From the NCBI RefSeq assembly GCF_026210795.1, contig NC_089429.1, positions 1,240,001 through 1,304,000 on the forward strand: 64,000 nucleotides of DNA, read 5' to 3'. Below the pieces are notes generated by a model. That model was not told the DNA's origin. It did not search any database and saw only the letters and a program-made list of their open reading frames with translations. Positions 38,975 to 50,613 of this stretch are shown piece after piece. The number at the start of each line of letters is the position of its first letter. Position 1 is the first letter of the stretch. Source of the stretch: Rhizophagus irregularis. Lineage: Eukaryota. The translations under genes were made by a program, and so were the position numbers.

Positions 38975-39100
38975 TTATTGGATGTGGGGCTATATCGGTC
39001 ACAGGGCCCTTCATTGATTGGCGAAAATGGCCACTACGTGGCCCATTTTCATCCAATCATTCGGTCCTGTGACCGATATAGCTACTCCCCCATCCAATAA
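38975..39100. repeat. 126-bp GC-rich foldback hairpin (mini-MITE or hairpin RNA)
   Basis: TTATTGGATG..GCTATATCGGTCACAGGGCC..TGATTGG..AAAATGGCCAC-TAC-GTGGCCCATTTT..CCAATCA..GGTCCTGTGACCGATATAGC..CATCCAATAA. Confidence 0.85.
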
Positions 39101-39519
39101 TATGTATTTGCAGTACTGTGAAATTTATGATTTATTTATACATTTACAAAGATAATTTTGTATAGTAGTCTATTGTTATATTGTTACAAAAAAAATTTTT
39201 TTTTTTTATCTTAAAAAAATTTCATTGTAGCATTAAAAAAATTACATCTTCTGCTGAAAAAAATACATATATATTGTTATTATATCTCAAAGAAATTCAT
39301 TATAGCAATATATTGTTATAGAAAAAAAATTATCTCACTAATTAATATAAACTTCTATTGTTATGAAAAAAGAAAAAAAAATCCCAGAAATATTAATTAT
39401 AATGATCGACAGTCTAAAAATATTTTATTATTAATAATAAGAATCGGGAATTGTTAAAAAAGTTTTTGTTGTAAATCATTACTCTTCTATTAAAACTTAA
39501 TTATAAAAAAAGGTAATCT

Positions 39520-40220
39520 CCGTTGTGCCGCAGCATCGACCCAAACCTAAATGGTGAAAGAATGTATTTGGGGAAAAAAAATTTGGTTTGAAAAAAAAGC
39601 CAACCCGAAAAGGAAAAGGGGAAAAAAATTTCGGATTGGAGAAAAAGCAAACCGGAAAAAAACGGAAAAAAAATAAAAATCGAAAAATAAAAACGAAAAA
39701 AAAAATTGAAAAAGAACCGAAAAGGAAAAAGAAAGAAAAAACAACAAAAAAATTTGAAAGAAAAAGAAAAAAAAATGAAAAAAATTGGGAAAAGAAAAGG
39801 ATAAAGAAAGAATCGGTTCAAAAAAAGGGAAATTTTTGAAAAAAATAAGTACTGAAAAAAAAAGAATAATAATTCGGTCCAAAAAGACCAAAAAAAAAAA
39901 AAATTCAAAAAAAATTAATAAAAGAAAAAAAATATAAAAAAAAATCGGTCTTAAAAGACCGAAATAATAAGATTATTTAATAATAAAAAAAAAATAATGA
40001 TTTTTCGGTTTGGGAAATCTAAACGGGGAAAGAATGAAAAAAAACAAAAAAAAATTTCAGTTTGGAAAAAAAAACTGAAAAAGAAAAATGAAAATTTGAA
40101 AAAAAAGAAAGAACCGAAAGTAAAAGAACGGTTCAAGAAAAAAAACAAAGGGAACCGAAAAAATTTAGATTGGAAAGAAAAAAAAAAAATTCTGATTTAA
40201 AAATTTCATTAACCGGAATT
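39520..40220. repeat. Strand-biased A-rich dispersed repeat with a conserved GC-rich head; second copy from 63786
   Basis: Head CCGTTG..CCGC..GACCCAAACCTAAATGGTGAAAG (39520-39560) resembles CCGTAG..CCGC..GACCAAACCTAAGAGGTGAAAG (63786-63827). Both are followed by poly-A-rich tracts with scattered ACCG/TCGG motifs. Confidence 0.6.
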
Positions 40221-41189
40221 GGATTAGCTGTACAACATGACTTGCATATTATATAAATTACAAAAAAAAAAAAAATTCCTATTGTTGGCGAAAATAATTT
40301 TTTCCCCGTGAATTATTTATTACTAAAAAAAATTGACATTAATTATCTACTATACTTATTAGTATTAGAATGTGCCGATCATGTAACTGGATAGATCAGG
40401 TGCAGGCATCACATGCCGCTCCTATTCAAAATTAATTTATACAGGTAATCTAAACGTCTACAGATCGACATGAATTATTTTATAGATATAAAATAGATAA
40501 TAGATAATAGATAATAGATATAGATTATATAGATAATATTATAGTAAAAATCCTGAAAAACAATGTTGCTGACATAGTTTTGGTTAATTAGTCTGTGTAC
40601 CACCCTAGTTTCTCATGCAAAATAACAGGATGGTAATGTATCGAGAAAAACAGTTTTACAATTAATGAGGATTTTTTTTCATTTTTAAATGGTCACGTTT
40701 AGAATTAACTGAATTTGAACAGGAAACGCGTGATACGTCTGCGCCTGCGACTGAATTTTATGAAATTATAATGCTAACGAAAAAAGTTTGGTTTTTCTTC
40801 GGAATGATGCGACTGGACGTTGAATTTTTTCAGTTTCTTTCCCTTAATTCCAACTCGATTTTTTTTAATATTAAGGTAAAAAATTTAAAATTTGTTACAC
40901 AAAATATCAAATAAAATATATTCACATGAAGATGTGATAGGACCCGAGCTATACATAGAAAGGTCAGGTCCTGGTTTTAAATCATGAAGATCACTTCCAT
41001 TTGTGGATAATGCCGACCGGGTCCTGATGTGATATCATTGTGATTCTGATCATCTTGTAATTCTTATATGTGATACGTGATACGTAAGATCTACAGGATA
41101 TTTATAACTCCGTGTGAAATGGTTCCATGCACATTTGTTTATTTTTTCACTTATTCATTAAGGGTTTGTTTCATACAATAATTTAGAAA

Positions 41190-44100
41190 ATGGCAAAAAG
41201 CTTCAATAGTAAAATTGCCGATACTAACAATTTGGCTCAATGGATTGAGGATGGCATTACTAAAGATTATATTAATCATCATGATTACACTGAATTTCAA
41301 AATATTCAATATATAGATTCTGGAGCATTTGGTAGTGTTTATCGAGCTACTTGGAAAAATCAAGATAGTACATTTATTGCGCTTAAATCCTTTAAATTCA
41401 ATAATGATAAATGTGTTATGAAAGAAATTGTTAATGAGGTATATAAAATTATTTTAAAATTATTAATATTTTTAATCAAATATATACTTAGCTTTCTTTT
41501 TAGGTAAAATTATTATGTAAAGTTAATTCTCACAAAAATATTATTCAATTTTTTGGGATTACTAAAAGAGAGAGTGAGTAGTAACTTATATTTAAAGCTT
41601 GATTTTTAAGAACCATAAATTTAATAATTTAATTATTTATTAGGTAACGAAAATATAGATCCAGACTATTTACTTATTCTTGAATATGCGGATGGTGGTA
41701 CATTGAGAAATTATTTAAGAAATAATTTTGACAATTTAGATTTGGATATTAAATTGCAGTTTGCTATTCAAATTGCTAATGCAGTCTCATTTATACATCA
41801 AGAAGGTATTATTCATCGTGACCTTGTAAGTAGTATTTTCTTATTCTAATTTACATCTAACATAATGTGTACTAAAATAATAATTATATTTATTCCTAAA
41901 AAATAGCATTCTAAAAATGTGTTAGTTCATGAGCAAAATATTATCAAATTAGCAGATTTTGGACTTTCACGTAGAATAGTAGAAGTATCATCAAATAATG
42001 ACATTTTAGGAATGATTCCTTATATCGATCCACAACTTCTCAAGAAACAAATGAACGATAAAAAAAAATATAAAGCAAATAAGAAATCAGATGTATATAG
42101 TGTTGGTGTGCTTCTATGGGAAATATCATCTGGTCAAATACCATTTAAATCTTATAGTGAGCATTATCAAAGGCTAGCATTAATGTCAGAAATTACAGAT
42201 GGAAAAAGAGAAATTCCAATTTCTAGTACACCAGTTGATTATATTAATATTTATACAAGTAAATTACTTTACTATATTATATTAATAATATCATTTGTTT
42301 TAATTTATTTGATATTATTACTAACTTTTATTTTTAATTTTCATAAATACTTTTCTAGAATGTTGGCAAAATAATCCAGATGATAGACCAGATATACAAC
42401 AAGTAGTTTCGGATCTAAAATCAATTAATTCAAAAACAAATGAAAAAGAAATTTACAAGAAAACTGTAAATGTTATTGAAAATGAGGTAACGAATAATAA
42501 TGATAATAGTATTAATGATAGTTCGTTAAAATTTGGTATTAATTATTCATTACAAACCAAATATGATGAATTAATAGAGGAATATGATAATATGCAAAAT
42601 GAAGAAAATTTAATGACAAATAATAATATTCATTTAAATAATGAAAATGAAACCATAATTAATGAGTTATTTTTACTATATGAGGAAGCCACTCAAAAAG
42701 GAATTTGTAAAAATGATTATATTCAATTAATTAAACAAAATATAACATCAAAAAATAAAAATGAAAATGAAATATTTAATTATTTATTAAGTAATAAGAA
42801 TAAACAAAAAAATTTAATTCTTTTAGCAAATTTTTATAAATTTGAAATAGGAACTGAAAGAAATGAAACAAAAGCATTTGAATTATACAAAGAAGTAGCT
42901 GAAAAAGGTAATATTAATGCAATAAATTATCTTGGATATTGTTACCAGCATGGAATAGGAACTGAAAGAAATGAAACAAAAGCATTTGAATTATATAAAG
43001 ATGCATATGAAAAAGGTCAGATTGATGCAATATATAATTATGGGGAATGTTATTATTATGGAATAGGAACTGAAAAAAATGAAACAATGGCATTTAAATT
43101 ATATAAAAGAGCAGTTGAGAAAAATAATATTAACGCAATACATGATCTTGGATATTGTTATCAACATGGAATAGGAACTGAAAAGAATGAAATTGAAGCA
43201 CTTGAATTATATCAGAACGCAGCTAAAAAAGGCCAGATTAATGCAATATACGATCTTGGATATTGTTATCAACATGGAATAGGAACTGAAAAAAATGTAA
43301 TTAAGGCATTTGAATTATATAAAGCAGCAGCTGAAAAAGGTCAAATTGATGCAATATATAGTCATGGATATTGTTATGATTATGGAATAGGAACTGATAA
43401 AAATAAAAGCAAAGCATTTGATTTATATAAAAAAGCAGCTAAAAAAGGTCAAATTAGAGCAACATATAGGCTTGGATATTATTACAAACATGGAATAGGA
43501 ACTGAAAAAAATGAAACTAAAGCATTTGAACTTTATAAGGACGCAGCTGAAAAAGGCCAGATTGATGCAATATATGATCTTGGCTATTGTTATCAAAATG
43601 GAATAGGAACAGAAAAAAATGAAATTAAAGCATTTAATTCATTTAAAGCAGCAGCTGAAAAAGGTCAGATTAATGCAATATATGATTTTGGTTGTTGTTA
43701 TCAAAATGGAATAGGAACAAAAAAGAATGAAATTAAGGCATTTAAATTATATGAAGAAGCAGCTCAAAAAGGTCAGATTAATGCAATACGTGATCTTGGA
43801 TATTGTTATCAAAATGGAATAGGAATCAAAAAAAATGATAATAAAGCATTTGAATTATATAATAAAGCAGCTGAAAAAGGTCAGATTAATGCAATGTATG
43901 ATCTTGTATGTTGTTATCAAAAAGGAATAGGAACTGAAAAAAATGAAATTAAAGCATTTGAATTATGTAAAAAAGCAGCCGATAAATGTCATATTAATGC
44001 AATACGTGACCTTGGATATTGTTATGAATATGGAATAGGGACCAAAAAAAATGAAATTAAAGCATTTAAATTATATGAAAAAGCAGCTGAAAAAGGTCAG

Positions 44101-44454
44101 ATTGATGCAATATATGATCTTGGATGTTGTTACAAAAAAGGAATAGGAATTGAAATAGATGAAACTAAAGCATTTGAATTATGTAAAGCAGCAGCTGAAA
44201 AAGGTCAAATCAATGCAATCCATGGTCTTGGATATTGTTATAAAAATGGGATAGGAACAGAAAAAAATGAAATTAGAGCATTTAATTCGTATAAAGCAGC
44301 AGCTGAGAAAGGTCAGATTGATGCAATATATGATCTTGGATTTTGTTATCAAAATGGAATAGGAACAGAAAGAAATAAAATCAAAGCATTTGAATTATAT
44401 AAAGAAGCAGCTGAGAAAGGACATATTGATGCAAAGAAAATGCTGTTATTATAG
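41190..44454 (+). CDS. TKL-like protein kinase fused to 15 Sel1-like repeats; 5 exons
   Basis: Exons ~41190-41438, 41504-41572, 41644-41825, 41907-42258, 42359-44454. Motifs SGAFGSVY, IALKSF, HRDL|HSKNVL, KLADFGLS, PYIDPQ, SDVYSVG, CWQNNPDDRP, then 36-aa repeats 'LGYCYQxGIGTEKNEIKAFELYKxAAEKGQIxA'. Confidence 0.92.
42811..44445 (+). repeat. 108-bp tandem coding repeats (Sel1), 15 units
   Basis: GGAATAGGAACTGAAAA(A/G)AATGAAA recurs every 108 nt. Confidence 0.9.
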
Positions 44455-45119
44455 AATAGAAACTGATAAAAATTGATATTGAATGAAACTTTGCTAACAA
44501 CGCTAAATTTTCATAATGAATTGTGCGATCCTTGTACAAGCTTTGTACAAGGTATTTTTAAATTTAATAAATATAGTACAATATTTCCAACAATATTTGC
44601 AAACACTTGTAAAATACATATTATTATGAATATTTGGGTTTACAAAATATCTAATTTATACATATATAATGTACAATAAAATTTGCAATTAATTAATAAA
44701 AAATAAACTTGTGGGATTACTATTTACTAAATATTTTCGCAAATATATAATTAAATTGAATGTAATAGAGTTTTTTACTTTTGTCCAAATCCTCCACTAT
44801 TTTATTTTTATTTTTAAATTCCATGTGAACAAGTCACGATACAAATTACAGAACGAACTATACGTTAGCCTAAAGTAATTCTAAATTAAATCAATTAAAT
44901 CGTGAACCAAACCGCCAAATCTGACAGCGCCACTTTTGCCCAAATCCACAATGACCTTAGCTTTCACAACCACATTCGCGTCAGCGTCCATGTGACCACG
45001 TCCACGAGATCTTGAGGATTCCAATAGATTCAGATCAATATTATTAGTAATAAATAATAAAAAAAAATTTATCTCACATATCGGGGAAAGCCCTACTACA
45101 GTTTGATCTAAACTTTTTT

Positions 45120-45235
45120 ACTCGCTATTTCCCCTTTTCCTTCATTTTTTCACCCATTTCCTTTTCCTTCATTTTCCTTTCGTTCCTTCTCCCCTTCCTT
45201 CATTTCCTTTTCCCTTTCCATCCTTTCTTTTCCGT
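45120..45235 (+). repeat. Polypyrimidine low-complexity tract (TTTCCCCTT/CCTTCATTT units)
   Basis: Almost pure C/T run directly 5' of the micro-exon array. Confidence 0.7.
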
Positions 45236-45312
45236 ATTTTATTTAAAAAAGTGTTGAAATCACCCACAAAAAAAAAACAAAATGTTTATACGTTTCTATT
45301 TTTCCTTTTTAG

Positions 45313-46700
45313 GTAGCTCCTTCAGTCTTCTGGACGCGATATTTTGTAAGTTTTTAATTTATTTTTCATTAATATTTTAATGAACAACTACTAACAGGTC
45401 ATTTTAGTTTTTTAGGCGGTTCTTTGGGTCTCTTTGGACACATGAGATTTTGTTTTTGGTAAGTTTTTTACTATTTTAATTTATCTATTCTAACTAAATA
45501 TATGTTAACGTATCAAATTTTATCTTTTTTATTTAGACGGGCTGAACACTTTGATTTCATATTTCGAATTTTGGTGAACTACATTTTTTTCAAATTAATT
45601 CTTTAACGAAACATTTCTTATGGTTTGTTTTCTTATTTTTTAGATTACCAGGAAGGTTGCTTTGAAGACAGGATTTCGGTAAGTGAAATGAAATTTTTTT
45701 TCAACAAATTTTACTAACAGTTCTTTTTCCTTTTTTTTAGGTGACTTTTCAATTCTTTGGATATGTGGGATGGCGTTCAGAGCTTTTGACATGTTGAATT
45801 CTGTGAGTGAGTTTCTTGTTCTTTTTAATTTACAGTAACAAAACGTTTTACTGACATTTTGATTTCCTCTTTTTTAGACAGCCAATCTTTGAGCACATAT
45901 TATTTTGGTAGGAGTTCCAAAAAAAATATACTTTTTTTAATTTATTTCTTTAGTGAAACGTTTTACAATTTTTTCTTTTTTTAGACGACCAGGTCCCTTA
46001 TCTCGGTAAGGGCTTCCGAAAAAAATATTTTTTTTTCAATTTATTTCTTTAGCAAAACGTTATACTAACGATTTTGTTTTTTATTGTTTTTATTATTTTT
46101 TAGGCAATTCTTTGGACAAGCGGCTTAAGTTGTTGTTTTATTCTTAATTTGAGTTTTCTAGTCTCTTATATGGATATAGGAATTTGGTAAGTGTTTTTTT
46201 TTTAATTCATTTTATTATTAGTTTAACAAACAGTTACTAACTTTCATTTTCTTTCTTTTTTTTTAGATGGTTCTTTGGATATTGGGATTTTTGGCAATAT
46301 AAGATTCATTTTTTTTTCTTTATTGCGCTTTTTAACGAACTGTTACTAACAGTTTTTTTAGGTGGTTCACCGGATCTCTTAAACGTAGATTCAGTGAGTG
46401 GTGTTTTCTTTTATTTTAAATTAACTCTTTCAACGGAACATTTTTAATATTTCAGTTCTTTTTTTTCTTAGGTGGTTCTTTCAGTTTCTTTTAATGCAAA
46501 ATTTCGGTAAGATACTCCCTTTTTTTCTTGAATTTATTTTTTATTTTAATGAATAGTTTCTAATTGTTTGTTATTTTTTTTAGGCATTCCTTTGGTTCTT
46601 TGGATGTGGGATTTGATTTTGGTGAGTATATTATTTATTTAAATTTTTTATTTCCGTCTTAAAATGATTACTAAATTTTTATTTTCTCCTTTTTTTTTTA
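45313..46700 (+). other. Array of 12 related micro-exons separated by 62-98-nt canonical-looking introns, with no continuous ORF (putative multi-exon non-coding transcript or decayed micro-exon gene)
   Basis: Repeated poly-T-TAG acceptor, 21-83-nt exon, GTAAG/GTGAG donor; several introns carry TACTAAC. See findings. Confidence 0.7.
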
Positions 46701-47707
46701 TACAATGCATTATATACAAACCATGTTAAGTTGTTAGCAAAGAAGATAATATGTATTAGGCGTTATCCTGGTCCCTGGCTGCTAGGTACGGAATAAATTA
46801 ATATTAAACTATAAAGGTTCTTAGCTTATAAGAAGCAGTGGTTAATGTTAATGACATAGTCTTGTACATTATTACAAATATGGAATAGAAACAAAAAAGA
46901 TAATATTGAATCTATAAAATTATATTAAAAATAGAATATCGCCAAGCAGTTTGGATGATATTTTAACAACTATTCAATAACTATTTTATTATGCAGACAT
47001 GCTTCATATAAATAAATCCAATAAGCCATTTAGTTACATGATATAGTATTTTATCTGTAAAATTTAGTATATATATACTTAATAAAATAAATTAGTTTAG
47101 AAAATAAAATAAAGGCTCATTTTTTTTTAGAAAAGAAATTTCTAAAAAAGGTAAAACTTATCTTAGTTTCTCAATACTATGGTCCTACCAATAAGGACTT
47201 CCAAAGAGGTGCACTATGCTCCACCCTGAAAAAACTCAACAACAACAAGGAAAGAGATCACTAGTTGAAGGAAAGAAATTAATGAAATATGAAAAAGAAT
47301 TAATTTAGCAGCTTTTATATTTTTATACATCAACTATACTGTAAGTGTAGCAAATTTTATCCTAATTGTTTAATTGCAGTTTAAGGGCTATGGAATTGTT
47401 ACTTACTACTTTAAAATATTAAATTTGATTTAATCTTTTAAAAAAAAATCTATTATTATTGTAACAAGCTTCTGTAATCTATAATATAAACCTCAAATAA
47501 ACTTATATTTGTTAGTTATTCATTTGGTACAGCTAGCAACTAGCAAGCTTTAAAATAAGTGTTAATTAAACGAAAGCATTAAATATTAACTATCAGATAA
47601 TGCAGATTTCGTTCTGGACACTGTCCTCAAATACTTGTCAGAATTGAGCCACTTTTAAATATACATTATTAGATTGGGTAACATCAAAGTGATCAAACAA
47701 TGTTATT

Positions 47708-50095
47708 TTATTTAGTAAATTGTAAATAATTAATATATAAATCAAGATATTTTTTAACAATAATATCATATAATCTAAATTCCTTTACTTCATTTATCAA
47801 ATCAACCAATTCACAACTTCCTTTAATGGCCAAATATTTAACCCTTTTCTTCTTCATTATATATTCCTTTGTATAAAATAAGATACTTTCATGGTATAAA
47901 TCTTGCGTCGTATCACTAATCAGAAATTTCTTAACAAAAGTATTTTGAAAATCTATTAAAAACATTTTAAAATCATCTGTACTAAATAAAAGTCCTAAAT
48001 GTAAATATTCTAATTTAGAAGGAAGAACTCGTCCTAAATTTTGTAATATGGCTTGACTTAAATCTTGATCGAACAAATCAATAGAAATATAATTAAGGGT
48101 TCGTCCAATATTTTCAATTAACAGATAAAAATTAAAATTATCAGGCTTATCTGAAATAAAACGTTTGATTTTTGTACAATAATTTATAATAAATTCAAGT
48201 AATAGTGGTCTTAATTCTTCATATGCTTCACCCATATATCCATATTCAAAATTTTCTAAATAATCACCACATTTTTGTAATAGTAGTTGTAATGATTCTA
48301 CATGTAATATTTCATTCATCAACAGAGATCTCAATTTAAAAGGTTTAATAACCTTAATAATTTGTTGAACAAAATCAGAATTTAAAGAACGACAATAAAA
48401 AATATGAGCAGATTCTAAAACATTCAATTGATTAAAGACCTCTTGTAAGACAGTAAGTATATTCTTAAAATCAATGTAATGAAATATAATTGTACTTAAT
48501 TGCTAATTCGGTTAAGATCAGCAGTGTCCTACTATGTAAAATTGGGGAAATTGGTGCAAATAATAAAAATAATTATCATATGATCTAATAATCCAATTTT
48601 GATGAACTTTTTTTTGTTCTGTAAGTCTGGATTACCTTTATAAAATAAAAATAATTTCATTGAAATTGGACCATTAGGTTGTGAGATAATCACAAAAACA
48701 TATTTTACTGACAACGATCAGATTCCATTAATAACAAAGCAGACAATTATCTCCTGATTCAGTGATCCAATTTCGATAAACTTTTTTTTGTTATTTAGAT
48801 CTCAATAATCTCTACATAATAAAAAATTTTTGTCAAAATTGGGCCTCTAGATCGTGAGATAATTGCGAAAACATATTTTGCCAGACGATTTTTAGATTCA
48901 TGATATGGCAAAATATATCTTTGTGATTATCTTCCGATCTAGCAGTCCAATATTGACAAACTTTTTTTTATTGTGCAGAAGAGGTTAAGACCTAAAAGAC
49001 AAAAAAAAATTATTGAAATTGGATCACTGAATTAGGAATCAATTCTTTTTTTATGATTTACTAAAATTTAGTCATAATAATAATATAAAATACTTTTTCA
49101 CGATTTTCTTATAATTTAGTATTTCAATTTCAATAAATTTTTTATTTTATTGAGAAAATCAAGATCTATAAAACAAAAAAAAGTTCATTGAAATTGGATC
49201 ATTGGATCAAGAGATAATTATTTTCTTTTTTTGCCCCGATTTTACATAGTAAGACACTGCCGATCTTAACCGAATTAGCAATTAAAGTATTTGAACAATT
49301 AGAATTTTTTAATGATAAAAATGAATTATAATTAGCATTAAATTCAAATGAAATTGTTTTGAGATTATGCTGTGAAATAATTATTTGTGATATACAATTT
49401 TCAATTAATGATAAATCATTAATATTATCGGTGCTGGGTAAATAACAAAAATTAATTGATGAGATTGAATTGCAATTAGAAGAAAAAAATTTTAAAAAAG
49501 GAATGATATTTATAGTAATTTTAAATGACATATCATAAAGCAATAATGTTAAATCTTTGATATTGTAAGTGAAATTTGGATTTTGTAAAATCAATTCCAT
49601 AGTATCATCACAATAGCTATCCAAAGTAGATATTGCATATTCAAAAGAATGTAATATTCCTTCATTTTTAATGAAAATTTCAAGTAACGACTTACAAATT
49701 AATTCTCCTACTTCATTAAGATCATCATCATCCACTAAAATATCAATCCACTCTTTAACAGAACGATAAGTACCCTCATAATTTAAGTATTTAATGAAAC
49801 TAGGATAATTGAACAATGTATTATTTGAACGTAATAAATCATATTTAATTCCATATTCATTAAATTTTGCTTTATCATCTTCATTTGATTTACTTAAGTA
49901 AATTTCAATGAAGTGGCAATTTTTGGGATCATGCTTTGAAAATGGATCTTCCCATAATAATGGAACCGCTAAACGACACCATAATCTATTAACTAAAATA
50001 CACGAATATAATGTTGAAAAATCATTTCTGAAATGTTGTATAATTTCATTTGTTAATTCGGGTAAATCCCCTGAAAATATTTTTGAGCATACCAT
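47708..50095 (-). pseudogene. F-box / LRR-like gene split by a 782-bp TIR element
   Basis: The 5' part 'MVCSKIFSGDLPEL...SNCSNTL' (50095-49282) joins in frame with the 3' part 'STIIFHYIDFKNILTVLQEVFNQLNVLES...' (48495-47708) when the insert and one TSD are removed, giving 534 codons collinear with the paralog at 52104-53747. Confidence 0.9.
48500..49281. mobile_element. Non-autonomous TIR transposon (782 bp) inserted at TTAA (or TA)
   Basis: ~48-bp TIRs TTGCTAATTCGGTTAAGATC(A/G)GCAGTGTC(C/T)TACTATGTAAAAT(T/C)GGGG. TTAA at 48496-48499 and 49282-49285. Internal alternating-orientation TCCAATTT..AAACTTTTTTT units. Confidence 0.92.
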
Positions 50096-50613
50096 GTTTG
50101 TGAAGGAAAAGGAGTAACTTTCATTTTTAAAACGGAATAAATTTATCAATTTTAGTTAGGTTTGTTGTACTACCCTATAAAAAGGCAACAATAGAACCAT
50201 TAATGTGTAAATTCATTCCATTTTGGATATTCCGGCATGCTGATCTCATGTGATCGAATTTTTATTCAAAGATCATTTGATTGAGTAGACGATTTTTACT
50301 ATAAACAATTTTAATAATAAGCATTAGACTTAGGAACCGATTTTATTTTTGAAAATTGAATTTAAAATGGGTGTAACCCTATAATAAATAAATGTCCAGA
50401 TAATATTGCTGGAAATTAAGCATTTTTTGTCCTTAAGTAATGAGCATTCTGATTAGAATTTTCATATGCCTGGAATATGTTCAAATATGCATAAAGATTT
50501 TTTTTTATCAAAAATTTCCTATTTTCTTGTACAAAAGTATTTTGTGCAGAAATTAGAAAAAAATTAGTTATTCATGCGCCACATTTCTATGGCTGATCGA
50601 TGATCGACGTTAT

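Noticed and set aside
39501..40200. Phe-rich and Lys-rich ORFs
   Set aside because: Translations of poly-T/poly-A low-complexity sequence.
40490..40540. ATAGATA short tandem repeat
   Set aside because: Ordinary microsatellite-like tract.
42811..44445. Regularly spaced repeats resembling a CRISPR array
   Set aside because: In-frame 108-bp Sel1 coding repeats in a eukaryotic gene; no unique spacers or cas genes.
45313..46700. Micro-exon array as a CRISPR-like or snoRNA-host locus
   Set aside because: Units are too degenerate for CRISPR repeats. The introns are short, T-rich and show no C/D or H/ACA boxes that I can see.
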